From: an uncultured Chloroflexota bacterium
GTDB lineage: Bacteria; Chloroflexota; Dehalococcoidia; Lucifugimonadales; CAJXCD01
Length of the DNA stretch: 64,000 nucleotides
Assembly (NCBI GenBank): GCA_913051545.1
Contig: CAJXCD010000002.1
Coordinates: 152,220-216,219 of the forward strand
Direction of reading: 5' to 3'
The position numbers were made by a program, and so were the translations under genes. Within the stretch, counting starts at the first letter, position 1. Every line of letters begins with the position of its first letter. This document shows positions 1-8,382 of this stretch, piece after piece. The notes below the pieces were generated by a model, which ran no database searches, was not told the origin of the DNA, and saw only the letters and a list, made by a program, of their open reading frames with translations.

Positions 1-1
1 C

Positions 2-694
2 AACGTGCCGTTTATGGCCGGCTCGTCTTTGCCAGTTACTAGCCGAACTCCCGAATTGGAACATGAGATTGGCACTGATATACAGGCGGCCCTATCTATG
101 GGTCATTTTAATTCTTACGTGAATGGACTTGAGTCTTACGGTTTTCACGGTTTAGAAGCATTGCAGTGTATGGTTGAACGTCGTTATGGAGGAGAAACAG
201 GAGTATCATCTGTGCATTGTATAGAGGGTAAAGAAGTGTGGGAAGCAGGAGAATCTGGGTTGTGGCCTCGAGATTTAGCTGATGAAGTGGAATTACGTAT
301 ACAGGATAGATCATCAGGTAGCATAGAAGATAATTGTGTTAATCCTGCTGTATTCATGATCGAATATTTGGATGGATTTAAAGCTGCGACCTTGATGCTG
401 GATGGTCATCTCAAAGGTTTTGGTTATTCGGCACGTGTTAACGATGAAATAGTTAGCACTGGTTTTAATCAAAACTATTCTCGGCATGAATCTTTTACTT
501 ATCAATGTCTCAATTTAGAGAAAATGTTTTTAACAGGTCAACCTCAATATCCAGTAGAACGTACGCTGCTGGTTAGTGGGATGATGGATGGGTTGATGGA
601 GTCCAGATTTCGAGGGCATGTACCTGTTGAAACTCCTCATCTGAATATCGAGTATTCTCCACCGGAAGATATACCTATTAGGCCATCGGGATAG
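2..694 (+). CDS. conserved hypothetical protein, C-terminal part (5' end outside window)
   Basis: The reading frame is open to the window edge (track ORF 5..694, stop TAG 692-694). It is long and not overlapped by a better ORF. I cannot name any motif with confidence. Confidence 0.5.
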   Translation, partial: NVPFMAGSSLPVTSRTPELEHEIGTDIQAALSMGHFNSYVNGLESYGFHGLEALQCMVERRYGGETGVSSVHCIEGKEVWEAGESGLWPRDLADEVELRIQDRSSGSIEDNCVNPAVFMIEYLDGFKAATLMLDGHLKGFGYSARVNDEIVSTGFNQNYSRHESFTYQCLNLEKMFLTGQPQYPVERTLLVSGMMDGLMESRFRGHVPVETPHLNIEYSPPEDIPIRPSG

Positions 695-710
695 TTTTTA
701 AATGAGCCGT

Positions 711-1547
711 CTATATGTAATTTCTAGGTTTGAATGGAAATTTTAGTCTTCGAATAAATCCGGGAGATTGTGACTTGGATGTTTCTTTTAACGGTTCCGG
801 TTTAGGAACAAAAGGTATTTTCATTAAAGCATAGAGTTTGTAAGCCTGTAAAAGAATCCTAATTTCGGTTAGCAATACAGTCCTGCTTATCTTCCAAAAG
901 GACAGAAAAAGATTCCAGTTGTTTAGAGGTATTTCATTAGCGATATAAGTTGTAGATATAACGCATTGTTCTTCTTGATAAAGATTAATTTGTATTTCCA
1001 TTCCAGAGTCAGAATACGAAAATTTGAAAGTGTAATTGTCCTTTCTTTCAATGAATGGTGAAACGTGGAACCGTTTTTTATGAGTGAACTCAGTAAGACC
1101 AGAGTCGAAGTCATTGCCTGAATGAAGAAAATAGATATGTGATTCGCCATACGTATTACTTACTTCCACAGCAGCAGCTAGAACTCTTCCTGTATCACTA
1201 ACTCGGAAAAAGAATGAAGCAGGATTAAAAGAGTATCCAAGTAGAGAGGGCGTTGTTATTAGTAACATAGAGTCAGAGTCAGAGAAACTGTGTGATGATC
1301 CGAAAAGGTCAGCAATTTTTTTTATGATGCTTCTTTTTGAAGCGTCGATATATAACCAGTCTTTTATAGAAAATAGTCCGAACTTGTTGTGAGATATTAA
1401 GTAAGGTAGGTGATCTGATTTTGATAAGTCATCTAGGTCTAAAAGTAGCATGCAGTGATTGTAAGTAAAGCTATGTACTTTTGGTACAAAACGTGTGTGA
1501 TTTAATTTGCCTGTGAGTATTGATGATTTCAAACGATTGCCTGTCAA
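711..1547 (-). CDS. DUF1365 family protein (lipid-modification cluster member)
   Basis: The N-terminus LTGKLNHTRFVPKVHSFTYNHCMLLLDLDDL matches the DUF1365 pattern (G.v.H.R..P..H.F.Y....LDLDEL). It overlaps the upstream FAD oxidoreductase gene by 4 nt, which suggests translational coupling. Confidence 0.8.
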   Translation of the reverse strand: MTGNRLKSSILTGKLNHTRFVPKVHSFTYNHCMLLLDLDDLSKSDHLPYLISHNKFGLFSIKDWLYIDASKRSIIKKIADLFGSSHSFSDSDSMLLITTPSLLGYSFNPASFFFRVSDTGRVLAAAVEVSNTYGESHIYFLHSGNDFDSGLTEFTHKKRFHVSPFIERKDNYTFKFSYSDSGMEIQINLYQEEQCVISTTYIANEIPLNNWNLFLSFWKISRTVLLTEIRILLQAYKLYALMKIPFVPKPEPLKETSKSQSPGFIRRLKFPFKPRNYI

Positions 1548-2791
1548 AACTTTCCTATGGTGTCGGCGACCATTTTCCCGGAAACGAATGCGTCTTCATG
1601 AAAGCCATATCCAAAATAGGAGCCACAAAAGCGAATCGTATTGTATTGATTCAGAACTTTAAAATTGTTGTAGTTAAGTGTTTGATCGTGATTAAGTATT
1701 GGGTGATTATATTTAGTTTTGTATAGTGTATTTTCTTCGGATGGATTTGGATATGGATTAATCGTCACAAAAAATTCGGAACTTGTTTGGAGTTGTTGTA
1801 GGCGGTTCATGTAGTATGTTGTGAATGAGTGAGGGCCAGAATGAGTATCTACATTTATCACATTCCATGACGCCCACACTCTCTTGTTATTGGGCATTAA
1901 AGACTTATCGATATGTAGGAAGGCGTCGTTTTCAGAATACTCATATGTGGATAATATATCTGATAACCTTTCAGGAAAATGTCTAGTAATCTTTAGGGCC
2001 TCATCAGCGTGAGTAGCAATAATTGCTACGTCGAACTCTTGTTCTTCTAGCGCTGCAGATTCTATAACGGCTTTTTCATTTATCGATTTAACGGAAGTTA
2101 CATCAACATTAGTGTAAATTCGACCTCGGAAAATTGATGAAAATTGGTTTATGTAATTCCTGCTAGCTCCTCGTATAGTGAGCCACTGCGGTCGATTCTT
2201 GATATTCAACAACCCGTGATTAGAGAAAAACTGCATGAATGTTGAGGCTGGTATATGTGCAGCATATTTTCCGTCACATGACCAAATAGCAGATGCTATT
2301 GGTACGAAGTAGTTATTTATGATATCTAAGGGGCAACCTATTTTGGTTAGTAAGTCGACGATATTTATCCCGACACTTAGGTGTTCACCTGAATGTTTTT
2401 CCAATAGCTTGGAGTATTTGTATATATTAAATAGGCGGTGAATATGGCTTGCAGATGTTATAGATTTCAGGCTTGGGAAGAGCCCACCTATTGTTCCAGC
2501 ATACTGTATTGCTTTCGACATGTTGGTGTAGGAAAAAGACATGTCTGACCGGTGATTTTCCACGTTGAGTTCCTGTAAAAAATGAAAGAAATTAGGATAA
2601 TTTCTTTCGTTGTAAACAATAAAGCCGGTATCTATGGATACTGTATTACCTGCAGGGTCTTGGGTTGTGATGGTATTTGAGTGTCCGCCAATGACGCTTC
2701 TTTTTTCTATCAGTGTGACTTCGTGTTTATTGTGTAAGTGGTAAGCGGCAGATATTCCAGATATTCCGGCTCCTACAACGGCTATACGCAT
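1544..2791 (-). CDS. NAD/FAD-binding oxidoreductase, COG2907 / amine-oxidase-like
   Basis: N-terminal Rossmann motif MRIAVVGAGISGISAAYHL...EVTLIEKRSVIGGH, followed by DTGFIVYNERNYPNFFHFL, typical of COG2907 proteins. It sits next to DUF1365 and CFA-synthase genes, the conserved arrangement. Confidence 0.8.
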   Translation of the reverse strand: MRIAVVGAGISGISAAYHLHNKHEVTLIEKRSVIGGHSNTITTQDPAGNTVSIDTGFIVYNERNYPNFFHFLQELNVENHRSDMSFSYTNMSKAIQYAGTIGGLFPSLKSITSASHIHRLFNIYKYSKLLEKHSGEHLSVGINIVDLLTKIGCPLDIINNYFVPIASAIWSCDGKYAAHIPASTFMQFFSNHGLLNIKNRPQWLTIRGASRNYINQFSSIFRGRIYTNVDVTSVKSINEKAVIESAALEEQEFDVAIIATHADEALKITRHFPERLSDILSTYEYSENDAFLHIDKSLMPNNKRVWASWNVINVDTHSGPHSFTTYYMNRLQQLQTSSEFFVTINPYPNPSEENTLYKTKYNHPILNHDQTLNYNNFKVLNQYNTIRFCGSYFGYGFHEDAFVSGKMVADTIGKF

Positions 2792-2796
2792 TTTGG

Positions 2797-3891
2797 TCAG
2801 ATGTCCTGGTTTTTGAATAGGTAATTCATTAGATGCCAGTCATTACCTTCGTTATATTTGAATAGTTCTGAACAAGCTAGTAGAAACAGTTTATATCTAT
2901 TTATTAACACCATTGGATGGGTAGGGTGATTGGATTTTTGTATCTTACGGACTAGATTTGATTTATTTGATTCTAGAGTGTTAAGCCAAGCCTCTAGTGT
3001 TAGATGATAGTTGATACCAGACTCAGTCCACGATTTTATCATTGATAGAGGTGAAGGGATATCTTTGTAAAATCCGTCATATGGCATCATTCCGCCAGTG
3101 AAAAAATGACGCGATAACCAGGAGTGTTCAATGTCATCAAACATGTGAGGATGCGTCTTATGTGAGAATACCTGTATAAATAATTTCCCATTTGGATTTA
3201 GCCAATTTGAAACATTTCCCATTAGCTGTTTCGTATTTCTAGTGTGTTCAAACATTTCTATCGATATAATCCTGTCAAACTTCTTAGTTATATCAAGTTT
3301 GTTAATGTCACACTTTATGACTCTCAAATTCTCTATGTTCCTCTTATTGCTGACCGACTCAATGTATTCCTTTTGCGTGGAAGAATTGGTTACAGATGTT
3401 ACCTGAGAGTCGTGATATTTCTCTGCTAGATATAGAGACATAGAGCCCCACCCTGCACCTATATCCAGAATCTTTTGGTCATTATGTATATCAGCTCGCG
3501 ATTCATAAGTGGCTAATGTTTTGTCGTCCGCATCATCAAGATCTTGGCAGTTATCATTCCAATAAGATCCACTGTATTTCATGCGAGTGCCTAATATTGT
3601 TTTGAAAAATTCTGTGGGTACTTCATAGTGTTGAAGATTAGCCTCGTCAGTATTTATTGCTAAATGTCCGGTGGTACATTTGTTTCTGAAAATCGATCTG
3701 ATACTTTCGATTTGATCAGCGTTAAGCCTAGAGATTTTACGGGCATACTTTGTGATGCTTAGCTTGACTAAAAGACGCATTAAGGCATTAGGTAACAACC
3801 AGTTGTCTATTACAGGTTCATACCACATTTGCTGATTTCCTAAGTAACAGTTGAAGATCATCGATGTATTTTGCTGCGAATCCCCCTTCAC
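2797..3891 (-). CDS. SAM-dependent methyltransferase, cyclopropane-fatty-acyl-phospholipid/mycolic acid synthase (CMAS) family, paralogue 2
   Basis: SAM motif ILDIGAGWGSMSLYLAEKY, FDRIISIEMFEH, and the C-terminal YKLFLLACSELF pattern of CMAS enzymes. The annotated start overlaps the upstream gene by 74 nt. Alternative in-frame ATGs at 3861 and 3828 reduce that overlap. Confidence 0.8.
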   Translation of the reverse strand: MKGDSQQNTSMIFNCYLGNQQMWYEPVIDNWLLPNALMRLLVKLSITKYARKISRLNADQIESIRSIFRNKCTTGHLAINTDEANLQHYEVPTEFFKTILGTRMKYSGSYWNDNCQDLDDADDKTLATYESRADIHNDQKILDIGAGWGSMSLYLAEKYHDSQVTSVTNSSTQKEYIESVSNKRNIENLRVIKCDINKLDITKKFDRIISIEMFEHTRNTKQLMGNVSNWLNPNGKLFIQVFSHKTHPHMFDDIEHSWLSRHFFTGGMMPYDGFYKDIPSPLSMIKSWTESGINYHLTLEAWLNTLESNKSNLVRKIQKSNHPTHPMVLINRYKLFLLACSELFKYNEGNDWHLMNYLFKNQDI

Positions 3892-5026
3892 AATAACTGA
3901 AGTAGTAATAAAAACGTCTTATGTCTTTAGTAGAAAAGCCTAGGCGTAATATATCGTTTGATGAGTCTGTAAGATTGTTCCTCCATATTCGTAGGGTCTG
4001 TTCATAGTGTTTTCCTATAGATAAATTGTCTTGTATAACAAAATTATTTGCGTAGCATGCGGACTCAGTGATTGATGACATTGACGGCAACATCCCTCCA
4101 GGGAAAATGTATTTTTGGATATAATCGCAATTTTTTCTGTACGATTCATATCGTTCGTCTGGGATAGTGATGACCTGGATTGATAATGTCCCATCTTCAT
4201 TCAACAGAGAATCGCATTTTCGAAAGAATTCTTTAAGTCCGGTATGACCTACTGCCTCTAACATTTCCACGGAGTAGATTTGGTCAAAATTACCCTTTAG
4301 TGTTCTATAATCTTGGAAAAGAATCCTGATCCTATCGCTGAGGCCAAGTCTGTCTACGAGTTCAGTGCAGTATTCGAACTGGCTTTTTGATAAGGTGACC
4401 CCGGTACCCTCACAGTTGTATTCCTGCACTGCCTTGGTTAGCAGCCCTCCCCACCCGCATCCTATATCTAAAATGTGAGACTTGTCATGGATGTTGCTTT
4501 TAGAAAGAAGTAGCCTTATTTTTTCATCTTGCGCTTCAGACAGGTTAGTTTTATCAGTTTTAAATACAGCGCATGAATAAGTCATCGATGGGTCTAAGAT
4601 CTTTTGAAAAAATTCGTTACTGAGATCATAATGGTCTCTTATATTTCGTTTTGACCAGTATATGGAATTTTTTGATTTAATCTGCTGGACAAATTTTGAA
4701 TACAGTTTTACCGGCAGAAGATTACCGATTGAAATATTGGTGCCGTTCAACCTGTTTTGAGAGAGTTGTTTGAATAAATTAGGTAGGTCATTGCAATTCC
4801 ATTTTTCATTTAAATAGGCCTTTGCAAAACCAAGATCGTAACCTGTTGCTAAATCTACGAAAAAAGACCAATCTAGAACTTCCATATTTGGGGTAAGCGC
4901 GTCTTGTTTTCCCGAGAGGTGTATTTGACGTTTATCTGGAAGTGTTATTGAGGCGTTAAGACCTTTAAAATGCTTTATGACGCTTTTATAAATTAGTTTT
5001 CCGAGCGCTTTGGAGAAGAATTTCAA
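3818..5026 (-). CDS. cfa: cyclopropane-fatty-acyl-phospholipid synthase-like SAM methyltransferase, paralogue 1
   Basis: It aligns by eye with E. coli Cfa: HYDLSNEFFQKILDPSMTYSCAVF, ILDIGCGWGGL, FDQIYSVEMLEAVGH, YIFPGGMLPS, FYYYFSYCEGGF. Confidence 0.85.
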   Translation of the reverse strand: MKFFSKALGKLIYKSVIKHFKGLNASITLPDKRQIHLSGKQDALTPNMEVLDWSFFVDLATGYDLGFAKAYLNEKWNCNDLPNLFKQLSQNRLNGTNISIGNLLPVKLYSKFVQQIKSKNSIYWSKRNIRDHYDLSNEFFQKILDPSMTYSCAVFKTDKTNLSEAQDEKIRLLLSKSNIHDKSHILDIGCGWGGLLTKAVQEYNCEGTGVTLSKSQFEYCTELVDRLGLSDRIRILFQDYRTLKGNFDQIYSVEMLEAVGHTGLKEFFRKCDSLLNEDGTLSIQVITIPDERYESYRKNCDYIQKYIFPGGMLPSMSSITESACYANNFVIQDNLSIGKHYEQTLRIWRNNLTDSSNDILRLGFSTKDIRRFYYYFSYCEGGFAAKYIDDLQLLLRKSANVV

Positions 5027-5084
5027 CTATCACCTCTATGTAATTAACAGTTTGGGAATATAACCCGTCTAGTTTCGGTAATGG

Positions 5085-6176
5085 TCAGTTAATTCCACTA
5101 CTTATTTTGCCCTCGGGTTTATGCAGTAAACCTTCAAGATGCATCTTTTTACTCGCCCAAGATTTAATTATCATTTTTAGGCGATACTCAGCATTTTCCA
5201 CCAAACTATTAGGGTTATGGATTTCTTCTGTTTTCAGGCCTATCTCATCCATAACGATTTCTCCGACTATTCCGTAACCACCGTTGATATGTTCAATGGC
5301 TTTTGAAAGAATATGATTTGGAAGGTAAGAAATGAAGTTTTGCTCACTTTTAGAAGCATAGGTGGTTAGTAGCTTACCCAAGCTTTTCCTGTCTCCCAAT
5401 ACTTCGTATATATGTTTAATAATTCTGTGGAGTAATTCAGTTACGTTGCCATTCATTTTGGGTAGCCATTCCTGCGTTTTAGCTTCTATGTGCTTAACAG
5501 GTGGAATATGGTTAGCGGGCATTTCAAAATTCATAGTTGCAAGGATGATCTCTTCTATCAGGGAAGGGTCTGATTCAAGCTGTATAGCGGTCATGTTCCG
5601 AAACTGTATTGTATGAAGAGCTTCTCTACCCTTAACTTTACTTACAAGCTTTGAAGCATCGCTTCCGGTTGGGAAGAATCCTCTTTGCAGCTCATACCAG
5701 TAATCAGTTACACATTCTTGTATTAGTCCGTATGTCGTGAGGCTTGTTGGATGGAACCCAGATGAATGACTTACGTGGTACTCTGACTGTTGTATCGCAT
5801 CTCTGATGCTTTCATCTAGTCTGTATTCATCTATTCCAAAATCCATAAGAATTGTTTTAAATGGCTGTGCGTGTCCCATCTCATCTGGTTCCCAGAAGTT
5901 CTTAACGTAGTTGGATAGCCAATGTGCGTTATGGTTTCTGGCTCCAGTCATGTACGTTTCAGAGTACTGGTCTGTTAAAGATTCTGTTATTAATGACAGC
6001 CTGAAAATATCTACGATTTCATCTTGTGTCATTTCGGTGTGCGAGGCTATTTTATCGAGCGATATTTTCTCTGCTGACAAATTCAATTCGCCCTGTGGTA
6101 TCGTCTGCAGCTTTGGGATTTGGTCCTCGACGTATTGTTCAAGAATCCGAGTGTGTACTGATCTTTTATCGTTCAT
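5085..6176 (-). CDS. ferritin-like di-iron protein, acyl-ACP desaturase-like
   Basis: Two E...EXXH units: LITESLTDQY ... WEPDEMGH and LIQECVTDYW ... KGREALH. These parallel the acyl-ACP desaturase pattern (MITEEALPTY ... AEENRHG; FQERAT ... DEKRHE). The assignment is at family level only. Confidence 0.5.
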   Translation of the reverse strand: MNDKRSVHTRILEQYVEDQIPKLQTIPQGELNLSAEKISLDKIASHTEMTQDEIVDIFRLSLITESLTDQYSETYMTGARNHNAHWLSNYVKNFWEPDEMGHAQPFKTILMDFGIDEYRLDESIRDAIQQSEYHVSHSSGFHPTSLTTYGLIQECVTDYWYELQRGFFPTGSDASKLVSKVKGREALHTIQFRNMTAIQLESDPSLIEEIILATMNFEMPANHIPPVKHIEAKTQEWLPKMNGNVTELLHRIIKHIYEVLGDRKSLGKLLTTYASKSEQNFISYLPNHILSKAIEHINGGYGIVGEIVMDEIGLKTEEIHNPNSLVENAEYRLKMIIKSWASKKMHLEGLLHKPEGKISSGIN

Positions 6177-6192
6177 TATTAAGATATAAATT

Positions 6193-6732
6193 CTACAAAT
6201 TAAACTTTGGGAATTTAGAGACCCAGATTATTCCATCCAGAACAAGACAATGAAGTGTAATGTAGGTTAGTCCTGTTAGGACGAGGTATTTATGGAATAG
6301 CGAAGTGTCCTTCGCTATATATATATAGAAAACCACTACAGTCAGTGAAACTAATGACAGGGCCGTTATCCATAGAGAGCTAACAGTAACAAACCACCAT
6401 AAAGGTTGCTGGGTTTTTATATAGGCGATAGTTGCAGGCATCCAAAAAGTAGCAGAGATCAGGAAAAAAGCGCATATAATACCCAATGTATAAGTACCTA
6501 AGAAGTCAGAGAATACGTCAGCATATTTAGATATTACAGAAAAGCAGAAAGCGATATATCCGATCGCAGCAGGTAACATTGATACTGTAAAGATCGTTTT
6601 CCACGATCCTTCCACTCCTCCCCATAATGCCGCCCTGGACTCAGGATATAGTGCTATGCAGATTGCATAACTAGAAAGTACTGAAATCCCCCCTAATATA
6701 TTTACAAGAACAAAAACCTGCGTACCGGACAT
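6193..6732 (-). CDS. polytopic integral membrane protein, unknown function
   Basis: 179 aa, almost entirely hydrophobic, with about 6 predicted TM spans. An AGGAGA RBS lies upstream of the ATG. It is the first gene of the minus-strand lipid operon. Confidence 0.6.
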   Translation of the reverse strand: MSGTQVFVLVNILGGISVLSSYAICIALYPESRAALWGGVEGSWKTIFTVSMLPAAIGYIAFCFSVISKYADVFSDFLGTYTLGIICAFFLISATFWMPATIAYIKTQQPLWWFVTVSSLWITALSLVSLTVVVFYIYIAKDTSLFHKYLVLTGLTYITLHCLVLDGIIWVSKFPKFNL

Positions 6733-6801
6733 TCGATTCTCCTAATTGGATACAAAGACGATACATATTCACGCAAGCGACGACTACCATACACTAATTA
6801 T

Positions 6802-6842
6802 TAATATAATACAATAATTATGACGGTAATTGTGTTATATTA
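6802..6842. promoter_or_regulatory. inverted repeat TAATATAATACAAT-N13-ATTGTGTTATATTA, candidate operator in a divergent promoter
   Basis: The arms 6802-6815 and 6829-6842 are reverse complements at 13 of 14 positions. The repeat lies in the ~190-nt region between the divergent starts at 6732 (-) and 6924 (+). The background is AT-rich, so a chance match is possible. Confidence 0.35.
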
Positions 6843-6923
6843 CAACATGATGGTTTATAGTGTTGACACTGGGGCACATATTAAAGGACGTAAATAAGTT
6901 TTCTGGTGGTCAGGTTTTTGAAC

Positions 6924-8381
6924 ATGAAAATATTTATTACAGGAGCTACAGGGTTCATAGGTCGGGCACTAGTGGCCCATTTTCTTTCTAAAGGATATTT
7001 GATTACCGCTTGGACCCGGGATGTATCCAGAGCCAGGGACATGTTGGGGGAAGGAGTCCATCTAGTTCCAATAGATGTATCTGATGAAATTCTTCGTCAG
7101 GAGATCGAATCTTCAGACGCCGTGGTTAATCTAGCTGGTAGAGCGATAGTTGGGGTGAGGTGGAACAAAAATGTTAAAGAGGAAATTTATTCCAGCAGGG
7201 TAGGTCTGACGAAAAGGCTAGTCCGTGAGATGAAACTCTGCTCCAGGCAACCGAAGGTTTTGATATCTGCTAGTGCAGTAGGTTACTACGGTGACCGTGA
7301 TTGGGATGAACTGGTAGAACGGTCTTCCGGTGGCACAGGATTTTTGTCTGATTTATGCAGAGACTGGGAACAAGCAGCACTAGATGCAGAAGGTTCAGGC
7401 ACTAGGGTATGTACGATGCGATTTGGAATTGTGTTGGGGAGAGAGGAAGGTATATTAAAACAAGTAACTCCTTCATTTCAGTTAGGTTTGGGTACGTATA
7501 CCGGCACAGGAAAGCAATGTGTACCTTGGATACATATAGACGACATTGTACTAATTATAGGTTTGTGCTTAAGGAATGGTAGGATTTCGGGACCAGTTAA
7601 TTGTACCTCTCCAAATCCAGTTAGTTCATTAGTTTTTTCCAGAACCCTTGGTGCTTTGACTCCCGCTAAGATGTACATCGGTATCCCATCCGTATTACTT
7701 GGTTTACTTTTCGGAGAAGGTGGAAATGTTCTCACAAATAGTCAGAATGCTTTACCAGCTAAACTAATAGACCATGGATACGAGTTTGAATTTCCTAGCC
7801 TATACGATGCGCTTTGGGAGGAGTTTAATTATGAGCACGTTTCTATCAAAGAGGTAGAATCTGAAACTGCTGCAGCCAATCGTGATTCAGCTTTAGTTCC
7901 AAAAGGGCAGTATGAACTTCGAACAAATGTGGAATTAAATGCTCTCCCAAAAGAGACTTTTTCTTTCTTCTCCTCACCTCTTAATTTAGGTATCACAACA
8001 CCATCGTGGATGAGATTTCGAATAATAAATATGCCTGTACAGATTGATAAAGACTCTCGTATTTTATACAAAATCAGCCTTGGATTTGGAATTCTTAGTC
8101 TACGATGGACTACTCGAATATTAGACTGGAACCCAGACGAATCATTTACAGACGTTCAAGAAAAAGGTCCTTATAACCTGTGGTTCCATCAGCATCGTGT
8201 AATTGGGACAGATAAAGGGACTTCAATAATGGAAGATCGCGTAATTTACAGTGTTCCATTGGGTATATTAGGAAAATTAACACACATGGTATTTATCAAA
8301 GGGATTTTAATTCGTATATTCAACTACAGAAGAAAAGTCATCCGTCAGATATTTTGTTCTGAGGAAATCAGAAGGCAATAA
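6924..8381 (+). CDS. TIGR01777/YfcH-type NAD-dependent epimerase-like domain fused to a C-terminal SRPBCC (cyclase/dehydrase-like) ligand-binding domain
   Basis: MKIFITGATGFIGRALV Rossmann start, so I prefer ATG 6924 over the track GTG 6906. The C-terminal ~160 aa (W..RILDWNPDESFTDVQEKGPYNLWFHQHRV...MEDRVIYSVPLGILG) has the SRPBCC pattern often fused to YfcH homologues. Confidence 0.75.
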   Translation: MKIFITGATGFIGRALVAHFLSKGYLITAWTRDVSRARDMLGEGVHLVPIDVSDEILRQEIESSDAVVNLAGRAIVGVRWNKNVKEEIYSSRVGLTKRLVREMKLCSRQPKVLISASAVGYYGDRDWDELVERSSGGTGFLSDLCRDWEQAALDAEGSGTRVCTMRFGIVLGREEGILKQVTPSFQLGLGTYTGTGKQCVPWIHIDDIVLIIGLCLRNGRISGPVNCTSPNPVSSLVFSRTLGALTPAKMYIGIPSVLLGLLFGEGGNVLTNSQNALPAKLIDHGYEFEFPSLYDALWEEFNYEHVSIKEVESETAAANRDSALVPKGQYELRTNVELNALPKETFSFFSSPLNLGITTPSWMRFRIINMPVQIDKDSRILYKISLGFGILSLRWTTRILDWNPDESFTDVQEKGPYNLWFHQHRVIGTDKGTSIMEDRVIYSVPLGILGKLTHMVFIKGILIRIFNYRRKVIRQIFCSEEIRRQ

Positions 8382-8382
8382 C

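Noticed and set aside
3818-3891. 74-nt overlap between the two CFA-synthase genes, a possible frameshifted fusion or pseudogene.
   Set aside because: Both ORFs are full length with complete domains. The overlap most likely reflects use of a downstream start (ATG 3861 or 3828), not a frameshift.
6863-6868. Perfect TTGACA -35-like hexamer upstream of the YfcH-SRPBCC gene.
   Set aside because: I found no acceptable -10 hexamer at 16-18 nt spacing. The candidates TATTAA and TAAATA lie at about 10 and 22 nt, so I do not call a promoter.
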